From the NCBI GenBank assembly GCA_039802865.1, contig JBDRXL010000001.1, forward strand, positions 1,723 to 65,722: DNA of 64,000 nucleotides, read 5' to 3'. Below, piece after piece: positions 29,102-39,238 of the stretch. Every line of letters starts with the position of its first letter. The first letter of the stretch is position 1. The notes under the pieces were generated by a model. It was given only the letters and a program-made list of their open reading frames with translations. It did not search any database and was not told where the DNA came from. The position numbers and the translations under genes were made by a program. This DNA is from a candidate division WOR-3 bacterium (lineage in GTDB: Bacteria; Hydrothermota; Hydrothermia; LBFQ01; DSFT01).

Positions 29102-29587
29102 ATGAAAATCAAAACAATAGAGTTGCCTTCTATTGGAAAACGCTATGATTTTATAACAGAAAGTAATTCTAAATTTGTTCTAATAGATTATTTTTCTGGT
29201 ATTAAGGAGATTTATTTATTAAAGGATGGACAAACCATAGGACCAATTAAGTTAAATGAAGATGAAGCAGATCAATTAGCGGTTATATTATCTGGTGTAT
29301 TTTTGAAAGGTTTTATTGAAAAGCGAATAGATATAATTTTTAAAGATTTGGGAATTGAAAATGTGAAAATTGAAGAAGATTTTAAATGTATAAATAAAAC
29401 AATTGGAGAGCTTAAATTTAGAACAATAACTCAAACTTATATTATTGCTATTATAAGAGATGAAAAACCAATTATTATGCCAGAACCTTCTGAAAAAATT
29501 TTATTAAATGATATTGTTGTTTTGCTTGGAAATTTAGAAAACATAGAAAAAGCAATTAAATATTTAAAGGGATTAGTCATAGTTTAA
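29102..29587 (+). CDS. TrkA-C (RCK_C) domain protein, possibly a K+ transport regulatory subunit (KhtT-like)
   Basis: C-terminal TrkA-C pattern IGELKFRTITQTYIIAIIRDEKPIIMPEPSEKILLNDIVVLLG. Confidence 0.5.
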   Translation: MKIKTIELPSIGKRYDFITESNSKFVLIDYFSGIKEIYLLKDGQTIGPIKLNEDEADQLAVILSGVFLKGFIEKRIDIIFKDLGIENVKIEEDFKCINKTIGELKFRTITQTYIIAIIRDEKPIIMPEPSEKILLNDIVVLLGNLENIEKAIKYLKGLVIV

Positions 29588-29596
29588 AATTTTCAT
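29583..29596 (+). promoter_or_regulatory. Promoter-like motif GTTTAAAATTTTCA 2 nt upstream of the hpt ATG
   Basis: Recurrent motif. Confidence 0.4.
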
Positions 29597-29597
29597 T

Positions 29598-30122
29598 ATG
29601 TTCATCATAAGTGAGCAAGAGATAAAGGAAAAAGTTAAGGAAATTGCTCAAAGAATATCAGAGGATTATAAGGATAGTAAGGAATTAGTATTGATAGGGG
29701 TGTTAAAGGGGGCTTTTATATTTTTGGCAGATTTAGTAAGAGAATTGAAAGTAAATTGTGAAATTGATTTTATAAAAGTTTCATCATATGGTAAATCTAC
29801 GGAAAGTTCAGGAATTGTAAGGATTGAGCTTGATACAAGTATTGATATTGCAAATAAGGATGTTATTATTGTTGAAGATATTCTTGATACAGGATTAACC
29901 CTAAAATATATTAAAGAATTATTTTTAGCAAGAAATCCTAAATCCTTAAAAATTGCAGTATTACTTGATAAAATAGAAAGAAGGAAAGTAGATATTAAAG
30001 CGGATTATGTAGGTTTTGTTGTTCCTGATAAGTTTTTGGTAGGTTATGGATTAGATTTTGCTGAAAAATTTAGATATTTACCTTATGTAAGAGAATTATC
30101 TAAAACCGAATATTCTCCTTAA
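29598..30122 (+). CDS. hpt: Hypoxanthine-guanine phosphoribosyltransferase
   Basis: PRPP-binding motif VIIVEDILDTGLTL and typical ~174-aa length. Confidence 0.85.
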   Translation: MFIISEQEIKEKVKEIAQRISEDYKDSKELVLIGVLKGAFIFLADLVRELKVNCEIDFIKVSSYGKSTESSGIVRIELDTSIDIANKDVIIVEDILDTGLTLKYIKELFLARNPKSLKIAVLLDKIERRKVDIKADYVGFVVPDKFLVGYGLDFAEKFRYLPYVRELSKTEYSP

Positions 30123-31571
30123 TGTAAAATCAATTAAAAGTAAAAAAATTACAAGAAAACCCCAAAATAAATTATTAAAAATTTCTTTTTCAACTTTTCT
30201 CTTTTCAATCTCAATCTCATTTAAACTTTTTATAAACTTTCCACCTGTTTTATTTACAATACTTGAAAGTGTTAAACTATCAATGCCTTCTTCATTTTCA
30301 AAACTTAATGTATCTGGTTTTAAAATAAATTGCTTTTGATAAACTTTCCTATTATTTAAAATCCCTAAAATTTGTAAAGTCTCTTCCTTTTTTATTTCAA
30401 ATACATAATAATTTGGAATTTCTTTATTTTTAGCATAAAATTTAACATCTGGATTATTTGAAGAAATTCTCATATAAACCTTATTGAAAAAAACATTATA
30501 ATTTACACTAATCATAGGCTTTAAATTTATTGCGGTATTTATAATAGGAAGAATAACATTTTTATATTCATTAAATTCATATCTTCCCCTTTTCCAAAGC
30601 TCACTTGATAAAACAAAAACTCTATTTTTATAAATTCCACTAATTTGATTAATTCTTTCATCCCATTTAAAATTTATATCTTTGTTATCTAAAAATATCA
30701 AATCTTCTCCATTATCTTTACCATAACCAATTGTCAAAATAAATTCTTTATTTATTTTTTCACCTTTTAAATTTAAAATTACTTCATATCCCATTTCCTT
30801 CAAAGCTCTATTTAATAATCCAATTTCAGGTGTAACTTTATAAACATTAATTAAAATTTTATTAGGAATTTCCTTTACATTCAAAGCATAAGCCTTCTGT
30901 CTATTAAGAAATTTCACATTTATCTTATAATACCCTTCTTGACCTGGTGATTTTAATAAAAATGTATATGAATTTAAACCCTTATTAATTTTTAGATTTT
31001 TTGAAATTCTTGAAGTATCAAGGGAAATTTCAATATTTATAGTTGTATCTTTATTTGAAAAAATTTCAAAATAAGTTTGAAATAACTCATTTGGAAAAAC
31101 ACTTTTAGGATAAATAACATTCTTAATTGATATTTGTTCTATCTTTATATTTGGATAAATTACATAAATTGGGATATTGAAATTGTTATAATCAATTTCT
31201 TGTGGATAATTGTGCCAACCATCTCCTATATATACGATTTTTTCATAATTTTTTAAATAACTTAAAGCATTTAAGTTTGTAATGTTATATTTAAAATCAA
31301 GGCTTTTGAATTTATAAATACTATCTCCAAGCTCAAATTTATCAAAATTCTTTGTATCTATGCTTTTATAAAAATCTAAAAGCCAACTTGAACTTTTTGA
31401 AAGGTCAAAAACAATTGCAATTTTTTTATTTTCTTCATATGTAGTAATTTTTGGATTTATGATAATTATACTCAAAAGAATAATTGCAAGCATTCTTATA
31501 ATTTTTGAAAATAATGGTTTTGTAAAAAATAGAATAATAATTGTGATTAAAATAAAGGTTAAAATTTTCAA
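30096..31571 (-). CDS. Membrane-anchored vWA-like protein (BatA-like architecture)
   Basis: Two N-terminal TM helices, then a MIDAS-like [13 protein letters not shown], and a C-terminal TM helix. TTG start. Confidence 0.35.
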   Translation of the reverse strand: MKILTFILITIIILFFTKPLFSKIIRMLAIILLSIIIINPKITTYEENKKIAIVFDLSKSSSWLLDFYKSIDTKNFDKFELGDSIYKFKSLDFKYNITNLNALSYLKNYEKIVYIGDGWHNYPQEIDYNNFNIPIYVIYPNIKIEQISIKNVIYPKSVFPNELFQTYFEIFSNKDTTINIEISLDTSRISKNLKINKGLNSYTFLLKSPGQEGYYKINVKFLNRQKAYALNVKEIPNKILINVYKVTPEIGLLNRALKEMGYEVILNLKGEKINKEFILTIGYGKDNGEDLIFLDNKDINFKWDERINQISGIYKNRVFVLSSELWKRGRYEFNEYKNVILPIINTAINLKPMISVNYNVFFNKVYMRISSNNPDVKFYAKNKEIPNYYVFEIKKEETLQILGILNNRKVYQKQFILKPDTLSFENEEGIDSLTLSSIVNKTGGKFIKSLNEIEIEKRKVEKEIFNNLFWGFLVIFLLLIDFTLRRIFGFR

Positions 31572-32038
31572 GTGTTTATTTTAATCCAAAATAATTCTTG
31601 CCCATATTCAACAGGCTTTCCATTTTCAACTAATATCCTTTCAACAATACCATCCACATCACTTTCAATCTCATTCATAACTTTCATAGCTTCAATAATA
31701 CATAATACTTGTCCTTTTTTTACAAAATCTCCTTCTTTCACATAAGGTTCTGCCCCTGGTGAAGGTGCTCTATAAAATGTTCCAACTAATGGAGATCTAA
31801 TTATATGGATATTTTCCTTTTTCTCCTCTACTCTTTTTTCTTCTTTTTCTATTTTTTGTTCAATTTTTTGTTCTATAACAGGAGAAGTTGTAATTGGACT
31901 TGATATAACGGGAATTTGAACTTGATTATTTTTTGATAATTTTATTCTAAATTTTGGATTTTCCATTTCAATTTCAAGCTCACTTAATCCACTCCTTCTA
32001 AAAATTTTTATAATCCTAACAATATCTTTAAGTTTCAC
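31568..32038 (-). CDS. accB: Acetyl-CoA carboxylase biotin carboxyl carrier protein
   Basis: Biotinylation motif [11 protein letters not shown] inside a C-terminal biotinyl domain. 4-nt overlap with efp. Confidence 0.8.
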   Translation of the reverse strand: MKLKDIVRIIKIFRRSGLSELEIEMENPKFRIKLSKNNQVQIPVISSPITTSPVIEQKIEQKIEKEEKRVEEKKENIHIIRSPLVGTFYRAPSPGAEPYVKEGDFVKKGQVLCIIEAMKVMNEIESDVDGIVERILVENGKPVEYGQELFWIKINT

Positions 32039-32595
32039 TTTCTTCCCACCCTTTCAATATATTTATCTTCTCTTGTATCTACCTTTATAATATCTCCAAC
32101 TTCAATAAAATATGGAACTTTAATAACTTTTCCTGTTTCTAATTTTGCAGGCTTACCACCACCTGCTACTGTATCACCCTTAAAATTAGGTTCTGTTTCA
32201 ACAACTTCAAGCTCTACAAAATTCGGTAATTCTATTCCTATTGGTCTATCATCAATATATAAAATAAAAATTTCAAGTCCTTCTTTTAAGTAATCTATAC
32301 TATTTTCAATATCTTGTTTATTAAAGTGAATTTCTTCATATGTTTGATTATCAAAGAATACATAAGTATCTTCATTTAACTTATAAGAAAATATACCCGA
32401 ATGCTTTTCAAGTGTTATTTCTTCAATTGGTTCATCTCTCTTTACAGATAAGTTATAAACATTGCCTGTTTTTAAATGTTTTACTTTTAATGAATAAGTA
32501 GTAATATCATTTGCTTTATGAACATGCTTAAAATCAAGGACCAAATAAGGCTCATCTTTATATTTTATAGCAATTCCTTTTCTTATTTCCGCCAT
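32035..32595 (-). CDS. efp: Elongation factor P with a divergent beta3-beta4 loop
   Basis: Typical 186-aa length. C-terminal [28 protein letters not shown] matches EF-P. The loop reads HKANDI instead of KPGKG. Confidence 0.7.
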   Translation of the reverse strand: MAEIRKGIAIKYKDEPYLVLDFKHVHKANDITTYSLKVKHLKTGNVYNLSVKRDEPIEEITLEKHSGIFSYKLNEDTYVFFDNQTYEEIHFNKQDIENSIDYLKEGLEIFILYIDDRPIGIELPNFVELEVVETEPNFKGDTVAGGGKPAKLETGKVIKVPYFIEVGDIIKVDTREDKYIERVGRK

Positions 32596-32596
32596 A

Positions 32597-32631
32597 TTGA
32601 AAATTTTAAAGCAAGGTATAAAATTTCAAAA
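32597..32631. promoter_or_regulatory. Divergent intergenic region carrying two promoter-like motifs (GCTTTAAAATTTTCAAT for efp, TATAAAATTTCAAAA for rlmI)
   Basis: Each motif ends 2-4 nt before its respective start codon. Confidence 0.4.
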
Positions 32632-32634
32632 TTT

Positions 32635-33762
32635 ATGAAGAAAGTTTATATAAAAACATTTCCAGAGTATTCTATTGTTTATGATGATTTGGTCTTAAGT
32701 AGAGAAGGTGGTCCTGGTCCTGGGGATGTTGTTTTTGTATATCATAAGAGTGGGAAATTCATAGGAAGTGCTTTTTATAATCCACATTCTAGAATAAATT
32801 TAAGAATTTTCTCATTTAAAGAAGAAGACTTTGATTATGAATATATTAAGAGAACAATGAAAAGAGCTTATGATTATCGCAAAAGTTTAGGATTTGAAAA
32901 TTCATTTAGACTTGTTTATTCAGAAGTAGATTTTATGCCTGGTTTAATTATTGATAAATATCAAGATGGATTTGTTTTTCAAGTATTTTCCATAGGAATA
33001 GAAGTAAGAAAAGAGCTTATTATTAAAGCATTAATTGAATTATTTGATCCATTATTTATTCATGAAAAAAGCACAGGTCATCTAAGAAAATTAGAAGGAC
33101 TTCCTTATATAAATAGAACAGTTTATGGTGAGATTCCTGAAAATTACATTGTAAAAATTAATGATGTTAATTTTAAATTTTTTGTAGGTCAAAAAACTTC
33201 ATTATTTTTAGACCAATCTGAAAACTATTTAAAACTTTTAAATTATGTTAAAGATGGATTTGAAATTTTGGATGCATTTTGCTATGTAGGAGGATTTGGA
33301 ATTCACTTTTTAAGAAAAAATGTAAATGTTACATTTTTGGATATTTCAAAAGATGCTTTAAATATACTTCAAGAGAATTTAAAAATAAATAATATATTAG
33401 GAAGTTATGAAATCGCATGTTCGGATGTATTTGATTACTTAAAAAGTTGTAATAAAAAATTTGATTTTATAGTTCTTGACCCACCTGCATTTACAAAAAG
33501 CAAAGAAAAACTTGAAAATGCATTAAGGGCTTATGATAGAATGCATAAATTAGCAATAAATTTATTAAAGGATAATGGATATTTAGCAACATTTAGTTGT
33601 TCATTCTATGTAAAAGAAGAGCATTTATTAGAAAGTATAAAAAAAGTTTCAAAAGAAAACTTTATTATTTTAGAAACCTTATATCAATCAAAAGACCATC
33701 CTTGGACTTTAAAGTTTTCTGAAAGCTTATATTTAAAAGGATTTTTATTAAGAAAAATATAA
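32635..33762 (+). CDS. rlmI: Class I SAM-dependent rRNA (cytosine-C5) methyltransferase, RlmI/RlmK-like (PUA + MTase)
   Basis: Motif I LDAFCYVGGFGI and motif IV LDPPAF. Start taken at ATG 32635; the longer ORF-track start would overlap efp. Confidence 0.65.
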   Translation: MKKVYIKTFPEYSIVYDDLVLSREGGPGPGDVVFVYHKSGKFIGSAFYNPHSRINLRIFSFKEEDFDYEYIKRTMKRAYDYRKSLGFENSFRLVYSEVDFMPGLIIDKYQDGFVFQVFSIGIEVRKELIIKALIELFDPLFIHEKSTGHLRKLEGLPYINRTVYGEIPENYIVKINDVNFKFFVGQKTSLFLDQSENYLKLLNYVKDGFEILDAFCYVGGFGIHFLRKNVNVTFLDISKDALNILQENLKINNILGSYEIACSDVFDYLKSCNKKFDFIVLDPPAFTKSKEKLENALRAYDRMHKLAINLLKDNGYLATFSCSFYVKEEHLLESIKKVSKENFIILETLYQSKDHPWTLKFSESLYLKGFLLRKI

Positions 33763-33778
33763 GCTATAAAATTTTCCA
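33763..33778 (+). promoter_or_regulatory. Promoter-like motif GCTATAAAATTTTCCA upstream of the lipoprotein gene at 33784
   Basis: Recurrent motif. Confidence 0.35.
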
Positions 33779-33783
33779 TAGTT

Positions 33784-34848
33784 ATGAAAAAACTTTTGAT
33801 ATTTTTAACTCTCTTGGCTTGTAATGTAAAAAAACCAGAAACCGGACCAAGTTGGGATGTATATCCAAGATTTCCAATTGGAGACTCCATCTCTTCTGCA
33901 TATGATATAGCAAGAAAATCTGCCGGCAAAGATTCCTTAAAGGTTGTAAGAATTGATGATAATTGGTTTTATTGGATAGAGGAAGATAAAAGATATAATG
34001 ATACTATAAGCTTACCATCAGATACAGTCGTTTCACTATTTGTAATAGATTTTAATAAACCAAAGGAAATTATAAGAGGTTATGATAAGGTTTATATAAA
34101 TGATTGTAAAGCAAGAATTAAGCTTTATTTTAGTAATACTTTAAATGATACAATATATGGATATTTAAAAATCACTATTCTGTTTAAAGAAAGTGGAAAT
34201 CAGGACTTCTTTATAATTCCAAATATTGTAATTCCACCTGGAAATTATAAGACAAATCCATATATTTATGAAAAGGATGGATTTAGAATTAAAGCAGAGA
34301 CTACAATTGTTCATATGGACTTTATTGCAAATAGCTCTTCAAATCCAAACTTAACAACTACCTTAGATAGCGCAATAGGTCAATTTTGGGTTCCTCCTCA
34401 TTTTGAAGCATACGATACTGTAATTGCTTATAAACTACAAGAATTTGACCAAAATCAACCAATATCAGCAGAAACATCTGGTATTAAATTTAAAAAAGTT
34501 TGGGTTGAACTTTATACAAGGCATTCCTTACCTATAAAAATTTTATCTCAGGTTTGGATTAAAGATACAGTGTTAAATGATTCAATTTTTGTTACAAACG
34601 AATACTTTAAGAGTGCTCCAAAAGACCCCAATACAGGCTATTCAACAGGTTACGTTTATGATACAATAATTGTAGTTTTAGATACAAATCAATTAAATTA
34701 CTATAATCAAAGAAGAGGAAAATTAAAAATATCTTTATTGGGTATTGCTCCAATATATACAAACTATCCTGAAAGAGCTTATATTAGAAGCAAAGATTCC
34801 CTCGAAGTTTGGGGAGATATTAAAGCAATTATAGGGATAAACCAGTAA
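33784..34848 (+). CDS. Lipoprotein of unknown function, first gene of a two-gene unit with the OmpA-family giant
   Basis: Lipobox LTLLACN. The downstream gene follows after 11 nt with a strong SD (AAGGAGG). Confidence 0.45.
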   Translation: MKKLLIFLTLLACNVKKPETGPSWDVYPRFPIGDSISSAYDIARKSAGKDSLKVVRIDDNWFYWIEEDKRYNDTISLPSDTVVSLFVIDFNKPKEIIRGYDKVYINDCKARIKLYFSNTLNDTIYGYLKITILFKESGNQDFFIIPNIVIPPGNYKTNPYIYEKDGFRIKAETTIVHMDFIANSSSNPNLTTTLDSAIGQFWVPPHFEAYDTVIAYKLQEFDQNQPISAETSGIKFKKVWVELYTRHSLPIKILSQVWIKDTVLNDSIFVTNEYFKSAPKDPNTGYSTGYVYDTIIVVLDTNQLNYYNQRRGKLKISLLGIAPIYTNYPERAYIRSKDSLEVWGDIKAIIGINQ

Positions 34849-34859
34849 GGAGGTAGAAT

Positions 34860-37712
34860 ATGTTAGTGATTTTAACATACTTTAATCCTGCTTATCCAGG
34901 ACTTTTATATTTCCCAAACTTTTACTTCTCTATTCCATACCTAAAAGCCCAAATTACGAACAATTGGTTAAATCTAAACATATATAATACTTATGTAAAT
35001 AGCTTTATAACTGATAATGATAAGAGCTATTTATTATCAGAGATAGATGGAAGAAACTTTTTCTTATGGGGATATAGTGATCTGTCAGTTTTTATAAATT
35101 ATAAGGGATTTTATCTTGGTGCTGAAAATTCTGGTGGTTCTTACTTTGCTACAAGAACAAATGACCCCATTGAATTTCTATTAAATGCTAATAATCAAGT
35201 AGATAAAATCTATGACTTATCCATAGACAAACTTCAAAGTTTAAGCTATATTCAATACTTCTTAGGCTATGCTTATAGATATAAAGATGTTATTTTTGGG
35301 TTAAGATTAAATTATTTACAAACAACTCCATATTTAGAAGTAAATAGCAATATAAATTTAGATAATGCTAAGCATTATTTGGCAAGTTTTGATACAATAA
35401 ACATTAAATATTATGCAGGAGGTGATGGATTATCTGCGGATTTAGGATTTTTATATGAGCCAAAAGGAAAAGGTTGGTTTTTAGGATTTAATATAAGAAA
35501 TTTGTTATCCAATATAAACTTTTCAAATAATTGGAAATTTCCATTTTATAAACCAGATTTTCAAAGAGATAGTATTTGGGTTATAAAGGGCTATTATCAA
35601 AAAACATCAGATACAACCGCTGAATTTGTAAAAACAGATAGCTTTTTATTATATATTTCGCCAGAAGAAGCATTTGAATTACAACTTATTGGAATGCTTG
35701 ATAGTATAAATGTTTTAAGACTTATCTTCGCAGATACATCTAATAAAAGCTTAATTGTAAATGATGCAATTTATAATAGAAATGTTATAAAAAATTATAG
35801 AATTCCACCTGTTTTTGCCTTGGATTTTGGATATAGAGATTTAACAAATAAATATGGATTTAATTTTGCTTATATTCAAGGATTTTCTGAAAGTTTTATA
35901 TCTACTAAAAAACCAAAATTCTTAGCAAGTGCATTTTATAAAATTTTCAAGTTTTTACCCCTTGGATTTTATATTTCCTTAGGTGGTAGAGAAAAATTTG
36001 AATTTGGACTTAATGGAGGACTTGATTTTAATTATTGGATATTAAACATGGGATGGGATTGGTCAAGAGGATTTAGTTATTCTGCAAAGGGACATAGAGT
36101 TTATTTAGAAAGTGCTTTTAAATCTCCAATTAAAGGAAAGCTTGAAATTAAAGTTATAGATTCTTTAACAAATAAAGTTATAGCAAATGCTGAGGTTAAT
36201 ATATTAAGAGGAACAAAAAGTTTGAGAAAATTATTCACAAATTACGAAGGATTAGTAACTTTAAATTTAGAACCAGATAAATATAAAATTGAAGTTTCGG
36301 CAAGAAATTATATTTCTAAAATTGATTCTATTGAAGTTATACCAAAAACAATAAATACAAAAATAATAAAACTAATGCCTGCTGGTGGTCTTTTAAATAT
36401 CGTTGTTCTTGATAGTATTAGTAGAGATACATTAAAGAATGTAAAAGTTGTAATAAATGACAGTTCTTATGAATATAATGGTGGAATTTTAAAAGCTTTT
36501 GCAAAGGAAGGTCCTGCACAAATTAGAGCATTTAAAGATAGATATAAAGATTATTATAGTGTTTTGGATGTAAAAATTGGAGATAGTATTAATAAGGAAA
36601 TTTTAATGTCTCCAAAATTTGCTAAGCTTTTTGTTAAAGTATTTGATGAAAAGACTAAGCAACCTCTTTTAGCAAACATTAAATTAGTAAAGAATGATAG
36701 CATTATTGCAAGTGTTCAAAGTGAAACATTAAGTATAGAACTTGAAGATGGAAATTATAAATTGCTTGTAAATAAGGAAGGATATGCACAATATAGTGAT
36801 GTATTTGAGATGAAAGGAGGAGTTGATTTAACGAAGGAAGTTTATTTAAGAAGCGATATTGGTTATTTGCTTGTTGAAGTAATAGATAAGATGACAGGAG
36901 AGCATCTAAATAATGCTCAAATTTTAATAATTTCTGAAAAAGGAGATACTACTTCAAGAGCTATTACTGATAATAGTGGCAAATATGAAACATCACTTGG
37001 TAAAGGTTTATATAAAGTAATTGCTCAAAAAGAAGAATATATACCAAATTCAGAATTTGTTCAAATTGAAAGAGATTCAAGAAACAGGATAGTGATTCCA
37101 TTAACACCAAAATTTGCTATTATATATGGACTTGTTCTTGATGCAGAAAAAGGATTTAGAGTAAAAGCAAAAATTGATATTAAGAAGGAAAATAATGTTA
37201 TAAATACAATTGAAGGAGATAGTTATTATGTAAAATTAGATGCAGGGGATTATGTTTTTGAAGTAAGAGCCAAGGATTATGCTCCAAGAATAGCCGATAT
37301 TCGTTTAAATAATGGTGAAAAATATAGAAGGGATTTCTTACTTACAAAAGTTGGACAAGTATTTACATTTAGAAATATTTACTTTGACTTTAATAAAGCT
37401 ACTATTAGAAAGGAATCTTATCCTGTCTTAGATTCAATATATCAATTCTTAGCCGAAAATCCAACAATTGTTGTAGAAGTTGCAGGACATGCTGATGAAA
37501 GAGGTGGTTATGAATACAATATAAGACTTACCCAAGCAAGAGCAAATGCAGTTGTTGATTATCTTGTAAAGAAAGGAATAGATCCTAATAGATTAATTCC
37601 AAAAGGTTATGGTTGGACTCAACCAGTTATAAAAGGAGCAAAAACAGAAAAAGAGCACCAATTAAATAGAAGAGTTGAATTTAGAATTATAAAAGAGATG
37701 GAAGGACAATAG
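34860..37712 (+). CDS. Large OmpA-family protein with an N-terminal beta-barrel-like region, five Ig-like/CarbopepD_reg-like domains and a C-terminal OmpA peptidoglycan-binding domain
   Basis: C-terminal OmpA_C motif FDFNKATIRKES...AGHADERGGYEYNIRLTQARANAV. Repeated ~80-aa modules (KLEIKVIDSLTNKVIANAEVNI..., LLNIVVLDSISRDTL..., KLFVKVFDEKTKQPL..., YLLVEVIDKMTGEHL..., IIYGLVLDAEKGF...). Confidence 0.6.
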   Translation: MLVILTYFNPAYPGLLYFPNFYFSIPYLKAQITNNWLNLNIYNTYVNSFITDNDKSYLLSEIDGRNFFLWGYSDLSVFINYKGFYLGAENSGGSYFATRTNDPIEFLLNANNQVDKIYDLSIDKLQSLSYIQYFLGYAYRYKDVIFGLRLNYLQTTPYLEVNSNINLDNAKHYLASFDTINIKYYAGGDGLSADLGFLYEPKGKGWFLGFNIRNLLSNINFSNNWKFPFYKPDFQRDSIWVIKGYYQKTSDTTAEFVKTDSFLLYISPEEAFELQLIGMLDSINVLRLIFADTSNKSLIVNDAIYNRNVIKNYRIPPVFALDFGYRDLTNKYGFNFAYIQGFSESFISTKKPKFLASAFYKIFKFLPLGFYISLGGREKFEFGLNGGLDFNYWILNMGWDWSRGFSYSAKGHRVYLESAFKSPIKGKLEIKVIDSLTNKVIANAEVNILRGTKSLRKLFTNYEGLVTLNLEPDKYKIEVSARNYISKIDSIEVIPKTINTKIIKLMPAGGLLNIVVLDSISRDTLKNVKVVINDSSYEYNGGILKAFAKEGPAQIRAFKDRYKDYYSVLDVKIGDSINKEILMSPKFAKLFVKVFDEKTKQPLLANIKLVKNDSIIASVQSETLSIELEDGNYKLLVNKEGYAQYSDVFEMKGGVDLTKEVYLRSDIGYLLVEVIDKMTGEHLNNAQILIISEKGDTTSRAITDNSGKYETSLGKGLYKVIAQKEEYIPNSEFVQIERDSRNRIVIPLTPKFAIIYGLVLDAEKGFRVKAKIDIKKENNVINTIEGDSYYVKLDAGDYVFEVRAKDYAPRIADIRLNNGEKYRRDFLLTKVGQVFTFRNIYFDFNKATIRKESYPVLDSIYQFLAENPTIVVEVAGHADERGGYEYNIRLTQARANAVVDYLVKKGIDPNRLIPKGYGWTQPVIKGAKTEKEHQLNRRVEFRIIKEMEGQ

Positions 37713-37724
37713 AGGGTTATTCCC

Positions 37725-37740
37725 CCTTTAAAATTTAAAA
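37725..37740 (+). promoter_or_regulatory. Promoter-like motif CCTTTAAAATTTAAAA ending immediately at the ATG of the DNA methyltransferase
   Basis: Recurrent motif. Confidence 0.4.
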
Positions 37741-38649
37741 ATGATTGAAATTGAAAAAATAGAAAATTTTATATCTATGACAAAAGTTGATTATAATAAC
37801 TATAAAGAATTTTTAAAAAATCGCAATTATGTTATAGTTGAAAATGTGAAATTGGAAATTGGGAGAAATTGGAAAATAAAAGAATTCGAACCAAAACATT
37901 TTGAATTAGAAACTACCAATGTCTGGTCCTTTCCCAATAGAGGTAAATGGGCAACGCATTATCTCAACTCAAAATATAGAGGTAATTGGGCACCTCAGGT
38001 TGTTAGAAATCTACTTATAAGATACACTAAGGAGGGGGATTGGGTTTTAGATCCTTTCGTTGGTTCGGGCACAACTTTAATAGAAGCAAAACTCCTCAGA
38101 AGAAATGCTATTGGTATAGATATTAATTATGAAGCGGTAATACTTACCTTGGATAGATTAAATTTTGATATGCCTCCTAACTTATTAGAAAATGATAAAA
38201 AACCAATAATAGAAGTTTATGTTGGCGATGCACGAAATTTAGATAAGATAGAGAATGAATCTATTGACTTTATTGCTGCCCATCCTCCATATGTGGATAT
38301 AATAGGTTATAGTAAAAATTCAAATTCCAAAATAGATGGAGATTTATCAAAAATACATTCTGTAGAAGATTTTTGCATAGAAATGAAAAAAGTTGCTAAG
38401 GAAATGTATAGAGTTCTGAAACCACATAAATTTTGTGCTATTTTGATAGGTGATACAAGAAGGAAAAAATATCATATTCCGATATCTTTCAAGGTTTTAA
38501 ATGTTTTTCTTGAAGTAGGATTTAAATTAAAGGAGGATATAATAAAAATTCAGCATAGAATGAAAACAACACCTTTATGGGTAAAGAGAAGTAAAGAGCT
38601 TAATTTCCTTCTTCTTCAATACGAACACTTATTTGTATTTGAAAAATGA
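37741..38649 (+). CDS. SAM-dependent DNA methyltransferase (N6-adenine or N4-cytosine), motif I before motif IV
   Basis: AdoMet-binding VLDPFVGSGTT...IGIDIN..A, then catalytic AAHPPY about 80 aa downstream. Confidence 0.6.
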   Translation: MIEIEKIENFISMTKVDYNNYKEFLKNRNYVIVENVKLEIGRNWKIKEFEPKHFELETTNVWSFPNRGKWATHYLNSKYRGNWAPQVVRNLLIRYTKEGDWVLDPFVGSGTTLIEAKLLRRNAIGIDINYEAVILTLDRLNFDMPPNLLENDKKPIIEVYVGDARNLDKIENESIDFIAAHPPYVDIIGYSKNSNSKIDGDLSKIHSVEDFCIEMKKVAKEMYRVLKPHKFCAILIGDTRRKKYHIPISFKVLNVFLEVGFKLKEDIIKIQHRMKTTPLWVKRSKELNFLLLQYEHLFVFEK

Positions 38650-39206
38650 GGCAAGTTGACTTGGAAAAGTTTATGTCTTTTAAAAGAGGAAATTCATTAG
38701 AAAAACCTTTAAGTGTTGTGAAAATTAATGATAATTATATTTTAGCGATATATAAGGGTAAAAAGAGTAAAGCTGACATTTTAATTCGTTATAGGCAAAA
38801 ACTAAAAAATAACAAGTGGAGCAATATAAGAACACCGAAACATATTCACTGGATTGTTGATATTTTAATGAAATTAAGCAGGGAACCAGAACTTACCAAA
38901 AAGTTTTTAGATACATTAATGAATATCTGGGATACTCTTAAACCCTTAAATGAAAAAACAAGGGATAAATTGAAATTAGAAGACTTATTTAAATATGATA
39001 ATAAAATTTTAAATGAATTTCGGGAACTAAGTAAATATGGGGAGTATAATATTAAATTCTTAATACTTCTAGCTAAACTTTTAATGATTCAAGAAAAAAC
39101 TAATTATCCCAAAGGAAAAATTTTTCAAAAGCTAATTGAAAAGCTAAAAGAAGGAGAAGATTTATTTAGTATATTGCAAATAGCAACTTTAAGGAAGATG
39201 AGTTAA
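38646..39206 (+). CDS. Hypothetical 186-aa protein translationally coupled to the methyltransferase; candidate restriction or control partner, unverified
   Basis: ATGA overlap with the MTase stop. No recognisable nuclease motif. Confidence 0.3.
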   Translation: MRQVDLEKFMSFKRGNSLEKPLSVVKINDNYILAIYKGKKSKADILIRYRQKLKNNKWSNIRTPKHIHWIVDILMKLSREPELTKKFLDTLMNIWDTLKPLNEKTRDKLKLEDLFKYDNKILNEFRELSKYGEYNIKFLILLAKLLMIQEKTNYPKGKIFQKLIEKLKEGEDLFSILQIATLRKMS

Positions 39207-39222
39207 TAACCTTTTAGTTTGT

Positions 39223-39237
39223 GCTTTAAAATTTCAA
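39223..39237 (+). promoter_or_regulatory. Promoter-like motif GCTTTAAAATTTCAA 1 nt upstream of the ATG at 39239
   Basis: Recurrent motif. Confidence 0.4.
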
Positions 39238-39238
39238 T

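Noticed and set aside
31556-31575. Sequence ttaaaattttcaa resembling the promoter motif
   Set aside because: It lies inside the coding start of the 30096-31571 gene (TTG AAA ATT TTA ACC = MKILT) and is not intergenic, so it is likely coincidental with the codons.
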